Shown: positions 6,631 to 21,886, numbered from the stretch's first letter. The stretch is DNA of 41,984 nt from Fibrobacteria bacterium (GCA_043745805.1 JAYTSD010000009.1:1-41984), one strand, 5' to 3'. Notes: generated by a model not told the origin, from the sequence alone. Program-made: numbers and translations.

Positions 6631-6966
6631 ATGAATTTTCAGGACTTAGCTAAAAAAGACTGTAGCGCCTGCAAGATAGCTGTTTACCCATTAGAAGGAA
6701 ATGAGCTTAAAGAACTTTTGCTTACTTTGGAACATGGATGGTCGGTAATCAGCGAGCATCATTTAGAAAAATCATTCGCTTTTAAAAACTTTGCCGAAGC
6801 TTTGGATTTCACCAATAAAATGGGTGCTGTGGCAGAGGCGCAAGATCATCACCCCGATATTTATTTGGCTTGGGGAAAAGTAAGGGTAACCTTGTGGTCA
6901 CATAAAATTGACGGCCTTTCCGAAAGTGATTTCGTATTGGCCGCCAAGATTGAAGAATTATTGTAA
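6631..6966 (+). CDS. phhB: Pterin-4-alpha-carbinolamine dehydratase
   Basis: FKNF..A..F, DHHPDI, WSHKIDGLSESDFVLAAKI. Confidence 0.92.
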   Translation: MNFQDLAKKDCSACKIAVYPLEGNELKELLLTLEHGWSVISEHHLEKSFAFKNFAEALDFTNKMGAVAEAQDHHPDIYLAWGKVRVTLWSHKIDGLSESDFVLAAKIEELL

Positions 6967-7236
6967 AAGATTAGTAGTAGAATTTTAAGACCATTCTTAG
7001 CAAGGATGGATTTATTTTCAGCGCTTTTGTGGACATTTGTATCCAGATTTTTTAATCCCCTAGCCAACTCTTATCAGCTATAAATCAAAAGCACAATTAT
7101 ATTGGCATAGGGTTACAAATATCCATTTATGGTTTTGCAATAATTTATTGTGCAATTCATGAATTACACTTACACGTTAATTGAAACGATGACTGAATAT
7201 TAAACTTTATTCTCAATTCAGTCGGAGGAGGCAGTT

Positions 7237-9129
7237 GTGAAAAATGTCTTAACCATAAACAAGACGCTATTTGTTTACACCTTGGCCGCAGCCATAACCA
7301 TGGCCGGCAAAGCCCAGGCGGCTTCCTACTATGTTAATTCGACGGGCGGCAACGATTCCAATGCAGGAACCAGCAGCGCTGCCTCTTGGATGAGTATCAC
7401 TAAGCTCAACAATGTTACCTTCAAGGCAGGTGACAAAATCCTGTTGAAGTCCGGTTCTGCTTGGACCATGGCTTCCGGCACGGAAGTGCATCCTTTGGGT
7501 TCCGGTGCCTCGGGTAACCCAATTGTGATTGATATGTATGAAGGAACTGTCAAGCCCATCATTAACGGCAACGGAGCGGTGACTTCTAATGCTTTCCACC
7601 TTGCCAACCAGCAGTACTGGGAAATCAACAATCTCGAGATCACTAACAAGGGTAACATTTCGGATAACAATGGATCCGATGCAAATCACAAAATCGGTGT
7701 CTATATTGAAGCATCTTCTGGTATTATCAACCACGTTTATTTAAAGAACCTGAACGTCCACGATGTTTACGGTGCACTGGGTAAGGACGCGGGTGGTAAG
7801 TTCGACGGCGGCATTATCATGGAGAGCACAAGCTCATCTAGTCACTTTAATGACATTCTCATCGATGGTTGCACGGTCATGAATGCGGACCGCCAGGGTA
7901 TCACCGTGGGGGACATCGCGGGCAACACTGGTAGGAGCCTCACGGGCATTAATTATTCTACGAATGTGATCATCCAGAATTGCGTGGTGGACCATCCCGG
8001 TGGCGACGGTATCTTAATGTTCACATGCCAGGGTGCAATCGTTCAACACAATCTCGCTATCCACACAAACAACAAAAGCGACTATGCTTGCTCGATGTGG
8101 CCTTGGCAAAGCAATGAAACACACTTTCAGTATAATGAAGGATATGACGCCCAAGGGATAAAGAGTGGTGCGCAAGACGACGGCACCTTCGGGGATGCCG
8201 ACGGGGACAATGGTACCTCATACTACGATTGGAACTACACCCACGACAATGCAGGTGGTGGATACATGATTTGCAACAGCACAGGTGTGGGCACCAGTCC
8301 TCCCCAGGCCACCTACATCCGCTACAATGTCAGCCACAACGAAATGGCCTATGCCATTTACTTCAGTTCGGCCAAAGCCGCCACCAACATCTTTATCTAC
8401 AACAACACCTTCTACCAGCCCAGTGGCTGTAAGGGCGCCATCTTTCACTCTGATGATGGCGGCGGCACTTTCACCGCCAAGAACAATATCTTCGTGAACC
8501 TAGGTTCGGGCAATGGTTTCGACAATCTTGTTTCCGGCACTCGCAACTTGGACTATAACGTTTTCTATGGCAGTAACTTCAGCGTAACGGAAACCGACAA
8601 AGACATTCATAAGTTGATGACGGATCCCAAACTCAATGGCGCAAGCACAGCTACGATCAACACTCGCTACACCGATGTGATCAACAATCATCTATTCCAG
8701 TTGCAAGCGGGTTCTCCAGCCATCGCTTCCGGCGTTGTGATCAGTAGTGGAAATCTCAGCAAGGATTTTTGGGGTAACACTATCTCCACCACAGCTCCTA
8801 GCCGCGGCGCGCATGAACATAGCGCAACTACTCGCGTGATTCCGCACAATGCCTTAGTCGAAACGGATCGCGATTTCACTTTTGATGCCTCCGTGAGTAG
8901 AGCCTTGATCACCGTTACATATTCTCAGAAAAAATCGGGCTATGTTTCATTTTGGCTGGTGAATTCGGAAGGCAAGAAAATTGCGACATTGGCCAACGGT
9001 TATTTGGGTGCTGGGGTCGTGATGCAGAAGAGTGTGTCTACTTCCGCTTTAACATCCGGACCTTACTTCATTCAAGGTAACGTTCAAGGAACGCCTTTGC
9101 GAAAACAAATCTCACTCGTCAACTTATAA
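7237..9129 (+). CDS. Secreted right-handed parallel beta-helix protein (pectin-lyase-like fold) with T9SS-like C-terminal domain
   Basis: Signal peptide (AQA), YYVNSTGGNDSNAGTS..W N-terminal motif, Asn/Gly-rich helix repeats, LQAGSPAI..G..DFWGN, C-terminal NSEGKKIATL...SGPYFI. GGAGG RBS before GTG. Confidence 0.8.
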   Translation: MKNVLTINKTLFVYTLAAAITMAGKAQAASYYVNSTGGNDSNAGTSSAASWMSITKLNNVTFKAGDKILLKSGSAWTMASGTEVHPLGSGASGNPIVIDMYEGTVKPIINGNGAVTSNAFHLANQQYWEINNLEITNKGNISDNNGSDANHKIGVYIEASSGIINHVYLKNLNVHDVYGALGKDAGGKFDGGIIMESTSSSSHFNDILIDGCTVMNADRQGITVGDIAGNTGRSLTGINYSTNVIIQNCVVDHPGGDGILMFTCQGAIVQHNLAIHTNNKSDYACSMWPWQSNETHFQYNEGYDAQGIKSGAQDDGTFGDADGDNGTSYYDWNYTHDNAGGGYMICNSTGVGTSPPQATYIRYNVSHNEMAYAIYFSSAKAATNIFIYNNTFYQPSGCKGAIFHSDDGGGTFTAKNNIFVNLGSGNGFDNLVSGTRNLDYNVFYGSNFSVTETDKDIHKLMTDPKLNGASTATINTRYTDVINNHLFQLQAGSPAIASGVVISSGNLSKDFWGNTISTTAPSRGAHEHSATTRVIPHNALVETDRDFTFDASVSRALITVTYSQKKSGYVSFWLVNSEGKKIATLANGYLGAGVVMQKSVSTSALTSGPYFIQGNVQGTPLRKQISLVNL

Positions 9130-9159
9130 AGAGGACTCCCGCCATCCGCGGGGTCTTTT
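9128..9159 (+). terminator. Possible intrinsic terminator or attenuator hairpin
   Basis: GACTCCCGC-CATCC-GCGGGGTC followed by a short T run. Confidence 0.4.
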
Positions 9160-9166
9160 GATAACC

Positions 9167-10213
9167 ATGCGAAAAAATCTCTGTATCTTCTGGCTTGCCG
9201 CGGTCTGCGCCACTGAAATGATTTTATTTTCCCCGCTATTATCGCGGGCATATGATATTCAGACCGCGGCTGTCGCATTTGTTAATGAAGAGCCTATTGC
9301 AGTGGGTTTCTTTGCTTTCAAACTCGGCCAGAATCGTTCGGACATATTCAATTACTTTGCAAATAAATACCAAGCCCAAGCCGATTCAGCGTTCTGGAGG
9401 AAATCATTCCATGGCGAAGTCCCGCTCGTCATGTTGAAGAAACAAACGATCGAAGAATGTGCTAAAATCAAAATTCAAGAAATCCTCGCAAAGCGCTATG
9501 GAGTTATTCAAGATATTTCTTGGGATGCTTTTATAAAAGAATTCACTTTGGAAAATCTGCGACGGCAAAATGCCGTAAAAAAACATAGGGTTATTTACGG
9601 TCCCTTGCAATACAACACCGCGACTTATTTCTCCTATCGTTTTGATAATTTGGTGAGAAAGCTGAAAGAGGCCCTTTTAAAAAAGGAATTACATGTTTCT
9701 GGCGAGGAACTCCGAGCCTATTTCGAAACACTCCGCGAGGGTTATTCGCATTCCAGCAAGGCAACCATTCATCGGATTTTTATTCCTTACCGCCGACCCA
9801 ATGCCAGGGCAATGATTGACGTGATCTACGAACGATTGACTAAACATATGGATGATTTCGATTCCCTGGCAACTGCGTGGAACGCTAAGCGGGATATTCT
9901 TGAGCAGAGGTTTAGTGGCAGAAATTATGCGTATTGCGAAAAAAAATCGCCGGAATTAGTCGCGCAGATTAGAAAAACTGATCAAGGTCGCGTGAGCGAT
10001 GTTTTCGAATCGGACGGTGGGTTCAATATTATCAAGTGCATGGAGAAAGGTTGCAAGCCGGATTTCGAGCGCATTCAAGGTCTGCTTAAGCTGCAAATGC
10101 TCGATAAAAAATATGCCCGCTATATTGATTCGCTTATAATCAAAGCAACCCTCACGATTAATCATTCTGTTTACGATACCATTTTTGCTGAAGGTGAAGC
10201 CCCTTCTTTTTAA
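9167..10213 (+). CDS. SurA/PrsA-like parvulin-type foldase (peptidyl-prolyl isomerase family)
   Basis: Signal peptide, VAFVNEEPI, VIYGP, HRIFI, GRVSDVFESDGGFNIIK. The parvulin domain looks divergent. Confidence 0.7.
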   Translation: MRKNLCIFWLAAVCATEMILFSPLLSRAYDIQTAAVAFVNEEPIAVGFFAFKLGQNRSDIFNYFANKYQAQADSAFWRKSFHGEVPLVMLKKQTIEECAKIKIQEILAKRYGVIQDISWDAFIKEFTLENLRRQNAVKKHRVIYGPLQYNTATYFSYRFDNLVRKLKEALLKKELHVSGEELRAYFETLREGYSHSSKATIHRIFIPYRRPNARAMIDVIYERLTKHMDDFDSLATAWNAKRDILEQRFSGRNYAYCEKKSPELVAQIRKTDQGRVSDVFESDGGFNIIKCMEKGCKPDFERIQGLLKLQMLDKKYARYIDSLIIKATLTINHSVYDTIFAEGEAPSF

Positions 10214-10575
10214 TGGACTATTAAACTTTTCTATTTATTTCCCTTTTCAGGTTTATCTGTTAAGTAATAACGGCTTGAAAAAGGTATAGCTCCTAGAATC
10301 CCTGCTATGAATGGGTCGGTGGTATTCGGTGAGGTATTCGCTTGAGAAAAACCCAGACATAGACTTACCATTAAAAAAAATATTTTCCTATTTAACCGTA
10401 TTTTTTTGAGTTCGCTTCTTTAAATTCGCTTATACAAGTAAGACGCAGGGAAATAAAAAAAGGTTCCAGGTTTTTTTTGAGCTCAATAAAAGCAAAAATT
10501 CGGAAAAGAAATTTTACCTTAGATTTTAAAGAAAAACTTTGCGGTTACGGGGTAAAAAAATAAAAGCGGGGAATT

Positions 10576-10624
10576 AAAAAAGTTCACTGCCTTTAGAATT
10601 ATCGCTAACCCTAAAAGCAGTGGA
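10576..10624 (-). terminator. Probable terminator after gyrB
   Basis: CACTGCCTTTAG...CTAAAAGCAGTG inverted repeat followed on the minus strand by a T run. Confidence 0.5.
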
Positions 10625-10641
10625 GGAAACCTCGAATAAAT

Positions 10642-12853
<2,212 letters not shown>

Positions 12854-12854
<1 letters not shown>

Positions 12855-13945
12855 TAAAGCTTAACCTGTCCATTGTGAACGGTGATAATTTGTTGTACGT
12901 CAAAAGGCAAGTCGGCGATGCGAGGATTGGCAATAAAAACCTGAGCTTTACTCTGCACGATTTGACCTATTTTCAATCTTCTGTTTTCATCTAACTCGGA
13001 AAAAACATCGTCCAAAAGTAAGATGGGCGGTTTGCCGATTTTCTGTTCGAGCAAGGCCGCGGCGGCTAATTTTAGACTCAATGAAATGGACCTTTTTTGT
13101 CCTTGAGATCCAAAATCCCGCACTAATTTTCCGCTCAGGAAAAATAGTAAATCCTCGCGGTGAGGTCCAATTAAACTATTGCGTTGTTCGAGTTCTACAT
13201 GCCGTAAAGCAGCCATTTTTTGGGCCATATCGGCCTGAATATTTTCGAGGTCCAAAGCGGCCGAAACTTCGGTGGAGATTTCCATTTGCAAGCTCTCCGG
13301 CCCACTCACAATTTCATCATTAAATTGAACCGCTAAAGGCGCTAACTGTTCTATGAAAAGCTTGCGTTCATAGGTGATTTTTGATCCCGTTTGCAATAGT
13401 TCTTGGCTATAGGCGGCAAACACTTCGGAATCGAAGCGCGGCATTTGTTTAAGTAGGCTATTACGCTGCTTTAAGGTTTGGTTATAGCGTCGCAAGAGGG
13501 ATAAATATTCCGGTGAATATTGGCAAAGTAAGCTATCTAAAAAACGCCGCCGTAGAGCCGGCGCGCCTTTAAGCAAATCAATGTCTTCAGGTCCAAAAGA
13601 AATGAGGTGAAAATTCCCAATTAAATCGGACAATTTTTTGCTTTCCGTGCCATCTACTTTAACCCGTTTTTCGCCCGTTTCTGAAAACTCCACCGATTGA
13701 ATATGCTCAGTAACGCCTAAGTGACCCTGGGCGCGTAAGGTGAATTTTTTTTCACTCCAGCGAATGAGGTCTTTATCTTTACGCGTGCGCTGTGAATGCG
13801 CCAAACACACATAATGCAAGGCTTCTAATAAATTGGTTTTGCCATGCCCATTGGGGCCAGAAATGAGATTGACCCCAGGCGTGAAATCAACGGCTTGCTC
13901 TGCATAATTGCGAAAATGATGGAGGGTTATTTTATCGAGGATCAA
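12854..13945 (-). CDS. recF: DNA replication/repair protein RecF
   Basis: FRNY, GPNGHGKTNLLEA, GPHREDL, GSQGQKR, LLLDDVFSELD. Likely TTG start at 13945. Confidence 0.96.
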
Positions 13946-14307
13946 AACTGTTTTTCTGCGTCCTTCCCGAAGGGTGCAAAAGTAGCAATTAGGACTCAAA
14001 AACAAGGCCCTTAGCCTGAAGAATTTAGAGTTAGATCTATTTAAAAAAGATTAGAAATAAGCCTTTTGGGTTGTTAAGGGCGGGCTTGTACTTATAAGGT
14101 ACGGCATTAAAAAACTGCTTTTTTAAATGACACAAAGTCCAAGCCTTGCACATCAAACCTATGCGGGGGCTTAAAAGCAAATGTTCAATTGGCATTTATT
14201 TATAAATTTTAGAATTTCCAATCTGTTATTTAATTCAGGAAATTGGGTGTTCTCCCTAGTAGTAACTATTTTTCCATTCGCTTTTTCATAATCCTTAAGG
14301 AAAACCT

Positions 14308-17300
14308 ATGAAAGTTTCATTCAAAAAAATATTATCGATTTTACTCCCTCTGGTTATGCTTTGCTTTTGGGCTTGCACAACCAATGAAACGGGTGGCGAT
14401 CAGTATTTGGCGTTTAAGTTAAGCGAAACCTTAAAAGGCTACGATCGGGTTTTAATTCGCCTGATAAACACTAATGATACCGGTACCGCTTATGACACGG
14501 TATGGAATGCAAAATTACCGGATCCTAGTTCTATAACTCGCTACAAATTAAAACAAGCAAAGGGAAAAAATTTTACCATTCAAATTCGCGGCTTCAACAA
14601 TGATCAATTACTATGGTCTAAAGATGTAGTCGTTAAAGAGGGTAAACCAGAATCACCGACGGTGCCTGTATCCGATTTAAGGCTTTTCGATTTAAAAGTT
14701 TCGCAAGGAGATTTGACTCCTAAATTTGATTTTAACACAGCTAGTTATACCGTTGCGGTCGAGGAATCCATTGATAATATTGTTTTAACACTTGATCCTA
14801 TGGATACCACTAATGTTTTAAAAATAAATGAAAAGGCTTTGCATTGGGGTGCTACCGCTACACAACCTTTGGCAATAGGGGATAATACTTTTAACATTTC
14901 CGTGCAAACCAAATTCGATAATAATTCTAAAAATTATAAATTGACTGTGACACGTGGAGCAAGGCCTTTTGTTGTGGATACCACGCATGTGACCTCACTT
15001 AAAATTTCCAAAGACAGCCTAGTGATTTATAAGGGCGAAACTGCTCCCACATTGACCGCTACGGTTTCTCCAGTAGGAACGGTATTACATTGGATTAGCT
15101 TAAATGATGCGGTCGTTAGTGTGGATCAACAAGGTAAACTTACTGCCGTTGATTCTGGCACTACTAAAATTATTGTCAAAGCAGGCAAGGACAGTGCCGA
15201 TACGGCGGTGGTGAAAGTTATTAAAGATGTACCCTTGCTTAATGTTGGAAATAATATTGGTGTCAAGCCGAATGTAGAAGTCACTTTTAACATATCGGTT
15301 ACCCAAAATCATGGGACTTATGCAGTTTTCAAATATGATTTAGAAGGCGATGGAAACTGGGATAATGCGGATTCGTTGTCGGGCACGCCTCCTACAATTC
15401 TAAAGCACAGTTATACAATAGCAAAAACTTATACGGCTTTATTTTATGTTCGTGATAGCGAAGGAAATTCTGCAACGGCTACGCGCACTATTAATGTAAC
15501 TAACTCTTCGGTTTCAGTTACCATTATTCATCCTAAGACAGATACCATGGTGAATAAATCAACTATTAATTTACAGTACACTGTGAACGGTCAATTATTT
15601 ACTAAACAGGCTAAATTAAAAGATGGCTTAAACATTGTAAGAGTGGATACTACGATTGGTACAGATAAAGGATCGGATTCAATAAAGGTGACTTTGGATA
15701 CCATTCCACCGGTGATAAAAATCGCTTCTCCAACTGATAGCAGCTTTACTAAGGCAAGTAACATTTCTGTTACATGGACGGTAGATGATCAAGCACAATC
15801 CCTGCAATTAACGGAAGATTTAGGTACTACGGATGGTCTTAAAATCATTACTCGCAATGCCACGGATGCTGCAGGAAATGTAGGAGCTAAAAGTATTCGC
15901 GTGTATCGCCTAACGAAGGGGCCAATCGTTAAAATCAATAGTCCAGCGGAGGGATTTATATCCAGCCAGAATCAAGCCAAAGTTACTTGGTCAGTCAATG
16001 GAGCTGATCAAAAAAGCGATACGCTTGCGACCTTGAAAAACGGATCAAACACAATTACTCGTGCCGCGACGGATGGAGCAGGTAATACCTCTATAGATAG
16101 CGTACATGTTACCTATAATGCTTTGGCTCCGAAGGTATTGATTACTTCTCCCAAAACAAGTTCTTACACGAATCAAACAGCCATTGCCGTGGTTTGGACG
16201 GTGGATGGCAAAGTGCAAGATTCGGCCAAAACAGAAAATCTTTCTATTGAAGGCAACAATACAATTACTCGCTCATTTAAAAATGCTGATGGTGTAGTGG
16301 GCAATGATGTTATCACGGTGATTCGCGATACCCAAAAACCAGTGGTGAAAATACTTACTACTCCCAACACTTTAACCAATCAAAATTCCATGCATGTGGA
16401 CTGGCAAGTGGATAATCAAGCGCAAACATTAGACACTACCGAGCCTTTACCCGTTGACGGTTTCCGCACCATCACTCGTAAATCCACCGATGCGGCGGGT
16501 AATACGGATTCCAATTCCATCACGGTTCGCAGGGATGCCACCAAGCCGCTGGCGCCGTCCGTAACTATAGCTGCTGCGTTAACCAACGCTAGCGCTACTT
16601 GGAATTGGACTTCAAATGGTGATAATTTCGGAGGCGCTGGATTGGTTACGCCTACTGCGGCTTACCGTTATTCTTTAAACGGATCGGCCTTTGCGCCGAT
16701 TGCTGGCAATACGCTTACCTTGGCTAATTTACCGGAAGGACAAAATAAATTCGTAGTGCAAGAAAAAGATTTGGCGGGCAATTGGTCCGACAGCTCGAAT
16801 GTAGGAGTTGTTACCGTCGATAGAACACCGAAAAAAATCGCCTTGGTTTATCCATCGGCAACGGGGTTTATCACTAGCCGGACTAGCTTTGTTGTGAGAT
16901 TTACAGAACAGGATGGTGCTAATGCTCCAGTAGCAAGGACGCAGGATGTGCCTACCTTGGTTACTGGCCCCAACTCTGTTAAACTTATGACCACAGCAGA
17001 TGCAGCTGGTAATAAAGACTCTCTCACCATTTCTATTTATAGCCAACCGCCCGCTATATTTGTTCGGGCAACTGCACCTGCCGGTGGGAATGGCACTTCC
17101 TGGGACTCCGCCTTTACGACAATAGATGCAGCTATGAATGTGGCTAAAGCAACAGAACAAATATGGGTGTCTGCAGCAGCTTATACTATTTCCGCAGCTG
17201 GGGTTAACAGTGGAATGGATGTAAAGACCGGCGTATCATTGTATGGTGGATTTGCAGCAACAGGTTATCCAAATACACTAGCAGGGCGTAACCCAACAGC

Positions 17301-17871
17301 AAATGTTACTTCGGTACAAGCAAATGCAGCTACAAGTAACACTTATATTTTTAATCTTGAATACGCCAGTAATAATGTAACAATCGATGGCTTTAAATTT
17401 ATTGGGAAGAATAATATGAGTGCGATTGCTTCCAATGCCACCACTAGCTTGTCATTAACTCAATGTAAGTTCACAGGTTTTACTAATACAGATTATATTA
17501 TTCATCTCAGTGGTGGCTCGGTTACATTAACCAATGATACAATCTCAGGAAATAATGGATCAATTGGAATTATAGTGTGCCGCAATTCAGTCACCTTTAA
17601 AATGAAAAATAGTGCAGTGATTAATAACACCGTGCCTGTATCCACTACTTACTCTGCCTTGAGTATTTGGGAAGTGACATTTGCCACTATTGATTTTTGT
17701 ACTTTTAGTGGAAATAAGTCGGGGTCAAAAGCTCAGCAAATAAGCTACCTAGATGCTAGCATGTCCTTCGGACCTATGGATATATCTAATAGCATAATTG
17801 AAGGTGGTGCGGCAGCAATACCTAATTTTGGCTGGCTTACCTATGAATCAAACAATACCCCACCTCAATAA
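14308..17871 (+). CDS. Large surface lipoprotein with cadherin-like, BIg2, PKD and tandem Ig-like repeats and a C-terminal beta-helix
   Basis: Lipobox CFWAC, LTPKFD...YT cadherin-like motif, YDLEGDG PKD motif, repeated 'I.SP...V.W.VDG...ITR..TD.AGN' units, GNGTSWDSAF..I..A and LYGGF beta-helix start. Confidence 0.8.
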   Translation: MKVSFKKILSILLPLVMLCFWACTTNETGGDQYLAFKLSETLKGYDRVLIRLINTNDTGTAYDTVWNAKLPDPSSITRYKLKQAKGKNFTIQIRGFNNDQLLWSKDVVVKEGKPESPTVPVSDLRLFDLKVSQGDLTPKFDFNTASYTVAVEESIDNIVLTLDPMDTTNVLKINEKALHWGATATQPLAIGDNTFNISVQTKFDNNSKNYKLTVTRGARPFVVDTTHVTSLKISKDSLVIYKGETAPTLTATVSPVGTVLHWISLNDAVVSVDQQGKLTAVDSGTTKIIVKAGKDSADTAVVKVIKDVPLLNVGNNIGVKPNVEVTFNISVTQNHGTYAVFKYDLEGDGNWDNADSLSGTPPTILKHSYTIAKTYTALFYVRDSEGNSATATRTINVTNSSVSVTIIHPKTDTMVNKSTINLQYTVNGQLFTKQAKLKDGLNIVRVDTTIGTDKGSDSIKVTLDTIPPVIKIASPTDSSFTKASNISVTWTVDDQAQSLQLTEDLGTTDGLKIITRNATDAAGNVGAKSIRVYRLTKGPIVKINSPAEGFISSQNQAKVTWSVNGADQKSDTLATLKNGSNTITRAATDGAGNTSIDSVHVTYNALAPKVLITSPKTSSYTNQTAIAVVWTVDGKVQDSAKTENLSIEGNNTITRSFKNADGVVGNDVITVIRDTQKPVVKILTTPNTLTNQNSMHVDWQVDNQAQTLDTTEPLPVDGFRTITRKSTDAAGNTDSNSITVRRDATKPLAPSVTIAAALTNASATWNWTSNGDNFGGAGLVTPTAAYRYSLNGSAFAPIAGNTLTLANLPEGQNKFVVQEKDLAGNWSDSSNVGVVTVDRTPKKIALVYPSATGFITSRTSFVVRFTEQDGANAPVARTQDVPTLVTGPNSVKLMTTADAAGNKDSLTISIYSQPPAIFVRATAPAGGNGTSWDSAFTTIDAAMNVAKATEQIWVSAAAYTISAAGVNSGMDVKTGVSLYGGFAATGYPNTLAGRNPTANVTSVQANAATSNTYIFNLEYASNNVTIDGFKFIGKNNMSAIASNATTSLSLTQCKFTGFTNTDYIIHLSGGSVTLTNDTISGNNGSIGIIVCRNSVTFKMKNSAVINNTVPVSTTYSALSIWEVTFATIDFCTFSGNKSGSKAQQISYLDASMSFGPMDISNSIIEGGAAAIPNFGWLTYESNNTPPQ

Positions 17872-17895
17872 ACTAGGGGTTTTGAGAGGTATTCC

Positions 17896-18402
17896 TTATG
17901 CCCTCAACTGCTCCCCATGATGCGCCACATGTACCGCGCAAAATTGCAGCCCCATCAAGGGGCTTAGTTTCCCCGCATAAGGATGAGTAATTCCAAAGTC
18001 TTTTTGCTCGAGTCTATGCTTAAGCAAGGACTCCACCTCATCCCCTAGCCTTTTTAATTTCAGTAAAGTTTCCACCTGAGGTAACAATTCCTTTTCGGGT
18101 CTTGATTCTCTTGGCGCAGGCACGCCTTCGGGAATTTTTCCCGTTCTTAACATACGCGGTACAATAAAATAACGGATAAGCAAACGCTTTAAACCCTTGG
18201 TGCGCACCTTAATACTAGGTCCACCCAGCAATTCCGTCGTAAAAATTTCATAAGCGAGAATAAGATGTTGCGTGATTTGTGCGGGCGACCATTTGCCTTC
18301 GGCAATAGGTTTATCCCATGCCTCGGTGGATAAAGCCGAAGCCTTATCTACAAAAGCCTGCAAGGCCTGGGAATGTTGGTTTTTAATCTTATCCCAAGCC
18401 AT
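17896..18402 (-). CDS. DinB family protein
   Basis: WSPAQITQHL, HPYAGKL, HVAHHGEQL. Confidence 0.85.
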   Translation of the reverse strand: MAWDKIKNQHSQALQAFVDKASALSTEAWDKPIAEGKWSPAQITQHLILAYEIFTTELLGGPSIKVRTKGLKRLLIRYFIVPRMLRTGKIPEGVPAPRESRPEKELLPQVETLLKLKRLGDEVESLLKHRLEQKDFGITHPYAGKLSPLMGLQFCAVHVAHHGEQLRA

Positions 18403-18419
18403 AACAAACCTCTTGAAAT

Positions 18420-20399
<1,980 letters not shown>

Positions 20400-20475
20400 C
20401 TATCGGATTTTTACCCGATTTGCCCAAAGTTATTTTGGGTCATCCAATGATTTTCCACTTTTTAGGGAGGTTTTA

Positions 20476-20964
20476 ATGCTTCGGTATATTTCATTAATCA
20501 CCATTTTTTGTGTTGCTTTGGGATTTTCGGCTAGCAGCTCTTTTAGGGTTGGCGGAAGTATTCCTGTGATTCAATCCGTAAATTGCATACCCAATGCAAA
20601 CATAAATTTTACGGAAGGCGCAAAAGATATCACTTTTGCAACTTGCACAATTAATAATAATACTGAAAATTATGAGGTAACCTTCAAGTTCGATTTTTTG
20701 TTTGGCGAAAAAAAATCGTGCGGGCCTTTTACATCGCTTAAACTTAAAGAAGTGAGTGGAACAAGAGGCGAAGGTATTAGCAATCCTACCGGTACAAGTG
20801 TGTTACCTAGCCTGCAACAAGGTCAATTTATTTGGAAACCGGAAACCCAAACCACTTCGACTATTGACTATGTGGTAGAAATCAAAGCCAGTTGGGTAAA
20901 GCCGCAAAGAACGGCTGTGCAGCATGAATTGGTGATGACCAATGTGCTAGTGGCGGAACTTTAA
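20476..20964 (+). CDS. Hypothetical secreted beta-rich protein
   Basis: GGAGG RBS, signal peptide, Cys residues. No family recognised. Confidence 0.6.
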   Translation: MLRYISLITIFCVALGFSASSSFRVGGSIPVIQSVNCIPNANINFTEGAKDITFATCTINNNTENYEVTFKFDFLFGEKKSCGPFTSLKLKEVSGTRGEGISNPTGTSVLPSLQQGQFIWKPETQTTSTIDYVVEIKASWVKPQRTAVQHELVMTNVLVAEL

Positions 20965-20968
20965 TGTT

Positions 20969-21886
20969 TTATCGGCGACGCGCCCATTTTTGATCTCGAT
21001 GGGAATCATCCACCGGATCTAAATGCACATTAATCACCCAAGGGCAATTTTCTAAGGCGCGAATTTTGGCTTCAATTTCATCGCCAATATGATGCGCTTC
21101 CAAAAGAGTAATAGATTCATCAAACACTAAATGGAATTCTACAAAATTAGTATTTCCCGAATGACGGGTTTTTAATTCATGGAAACCATTAATTTTGTCG
21201 CTGGAATTCTCGGCTATACTTTTAATTTTATCGACCAAGGAGCTTTCCAAAGCCCTATCCAAAAGCATTTGCCAGCCACGTGTGACTAGAGGTAATGCCG
21301 AGGAGGTGATGTATAATGCCATAGCGGTTGCGATAAAAGGATCGAGCCATTGATAACCCGTTAAACGAATTAAAAACAAAACCAATAATACGCCCGCATT
21401 AGTGATTAAATCAGTTTTATAATGCAAGGCATCAGCCTGCACCACCAAACTTTTGGAACCTTTCATGAGTCTCTTTAAGGTGAGGACTAAGACTAAAGTA
21501 ATCATCATGGAAAATGCCATCACCGCCATGGCAATGAGTAAATCTTTTTTAGGAATGATTTCGGGATTCATCCATTTTAAAATGGATTGCTCAATAATGA
21601 ACAAGGCCGAAATGATAATGAATAAGCCTTCTAAGGCAGAGGCAATGCCTTCAATTTTTCCGCGGCCATAATTATAAGCCTCATCATTTGGCTTTTCAGT
21701 ATTATGCACGGCGAATACATTGAAAGTAGAGATTAAAAAATCGAGTAAGGAATCTACTGCGGAAGCTAATACTGAAACTGTGCCGGTTAAAATCCCTACC
21801 GTGAATTTTACGATAATCAATAATAAGGCGGTACCCGAAGTGAGTAAAGTGGCTTTTTTAGAGGGGCTCATGCCAGTTGATTTCAT
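20969..21886 (-). CDS. Cation diffusion facilitator (FieF-like)
   Basis: ASAVDSLLD, YGRGKIE, ADALHYKTD, AHHIGDEIE, VHLDP. Confidence 0.92.
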   Translation of the reverse strand: MKSTGMSPSKKATLLTSGTALLLIIVKFTVGILTGTVSVLASAVDSLLDFLISTFNVFAVHNTEKPNDEAYNYGRGKIEGIASALEGLFIIISALFIIEQSILKWMNPEIIPKKDLLIAMAVMAFSMMITLVLVLTLKRLMKGSKSLVVQADALHYKTDLITNAGVLLVLFLIRLTGYQWLDPFIATAMALYITSSALPLVTRGWQMLLDRALESSLVDKIKSIAENSSDKINGFHELKTRHSGNTNFVEFHLVFDESITLLEAHHIGDEIEAKIRALENCPWVINVHLDPVDDSHRDQKWARRR

